Source: Catajapyx aquilonaris (lineage: Eukaryota). Taken from it: 64,000 nt of DNA. The stretch is from positions 1-64,000 of the forward strand of contig JYFJ02002011.1 in the NCBI GenBank assembly GCA_000934665.2, in the 5' to 3' direction. Under the pieces are notes generated by a model. It ran no database searches and was not told where the DNA came from. It saw nothing but the letters and a program-made list of their open reading frames with translations. Below are positions 62,742 to 64,000 of this stretch, piece by piece. The position numbers and the translations under genes were made by a program. Positions within the stretch are counted from its first letter, which is position 1. Every line of letters begins with the position of its first letter.

Positions 62742-64000
62742 TATATACTGCACTCATTTACTAACTCCAGGAGCTTACAAATTTGATACATTTTAAGTAT
62801 TTTAATATCTGCTTGGTTAATGTCTATTTAGTAACAAACTGTTGGTATTTAAAATATCAGTAGATTATTGCAATAATGTCAGATATGTTATTATTAAGCG
62901 AATGATTTCTTGGTGGTGTTGAGTTTTCATGCATAATAGAACAATGTGCAATGTGACTATAAAAAACTCGAAAGGGCTTGTTTTGAGGGTAGCCTACATA
63001 TCAGGATGTTCTAATATTGACTGAAATCTCTTCATGACGCTGTAGGATCACCTTGATTAGTCATGAACTTCTTATAGATCTGGCGCAATGTGGACTGTGT
63101 CAATTCCAAATGTTAGTTAATAACAATATTTAATGAGATTAAGCATTGGTAAATAATGAAAACCTTGATTGGATCTTTAGTATAGTGACAAAAATGAGTG
63201 ACAGCAATAGTATACCAAGTACAGTATATGCACGTGAAAAGACAGTGTTCTTGAACCGCTAAAGCAGGTTGGATGTAAATGGGATGTAAGGTAGGTAATA
63301 CAAAAGTAAGGTAGTGTGGTTGTAACTGCATGATCATTATATTCATCCTTTGAAAGTACAGAAAACACTAAACTAATTACAGTATGTTGCTTCATATTTA
63401 AAAATATATATATTCCAAATGAAGAGTGGAAAACGAGCATTGCCCGAAACTGTTTGAAGTGTGGTGAAATCAATAGGCATTATTTAGACACCACGTTTCC
63501 ATATTCCAATGATTTAAATAATATAAATAAACAACTCGCTGAACTAAATATGACAACTTTACTTTTTATCTGTCCCAAAAAGTACAACAATTTGGAGTCT
63601 TACGTAATGCAAGAGTGAAATAACTAACGAGTTTTACAACGGGAATAGTGCAGGTACGAACCAGACTGGTAGAACAGGGCCAGTGGGTCGTATTGTAAGG
63701 AGACTTGTGGAAATGGCGGCCACAATAACCGGTCTGAAATGACTTAACCTATGCAGTTGTACGTCTGACATGATCCCTGCAGCTGCAGCAAATAAAACCG
63801 TCCATTATTGAGATAATATTATTTATCTAGGATGATAAATAAAGTATTAGCGACATCATGCTTCAACTTGTCGATGCTAACCTGCAGCCATAGTACGAAG
63901 TAGTTTAGAATTTCGTGTTCTTAATTTTGTCCACGGCAACTTCAACAACAATCGTTGTTGCCATTGTAACGTCAACACAATGGTCACAATCCCATGTCAA

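Overview
Eukaryotic, arthropod-type genomic DNA (spliceosomal introns, a mitochondrial nad5 insertion that reads in the invertebrate mitochondrial code, TTAGG motifs). No prokaryotic features or CRISPR arrays. Spliced genes I could rebuild by hand with phase-consistent splice sites: a filzig-like (Stubble-related) S1 serine protease (minus, 58786-44078, 860 aa, one GC-AG intron); an F-box/LRR gene (minus, 37098-34251, 372 aa); a 163-aa two-transmembrane protein I do not recognise (plus, 10977-11552); and one intersectin PH-domain exon (minus, 381-15) with no recognisable upstream intersectin exon in the window. Relics include a PACRG fragment, a nad5 NUMT, LINE pieces and a Helitron helicase. 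Much of the remaining DNA is nested transposons: an intron-containing Merlin relic with a younger related element, mariner/Tc1, hAT, Sola, piggyBac-like, Kolobok-like and Harbinger-like elements, five P-like elements, and several tRNA-derived SINE families. The most notable observations are a Tigger element resembling mammalian MER2, P-like elements filled with short motifs repeated at about 10-12 bp spacing, a SINE whose target duplication copies the F-box stop codon, and the isolated intersectin exon. I found no convincing wholly new biological system. All family assignments come from recalled motifs, not database searches.
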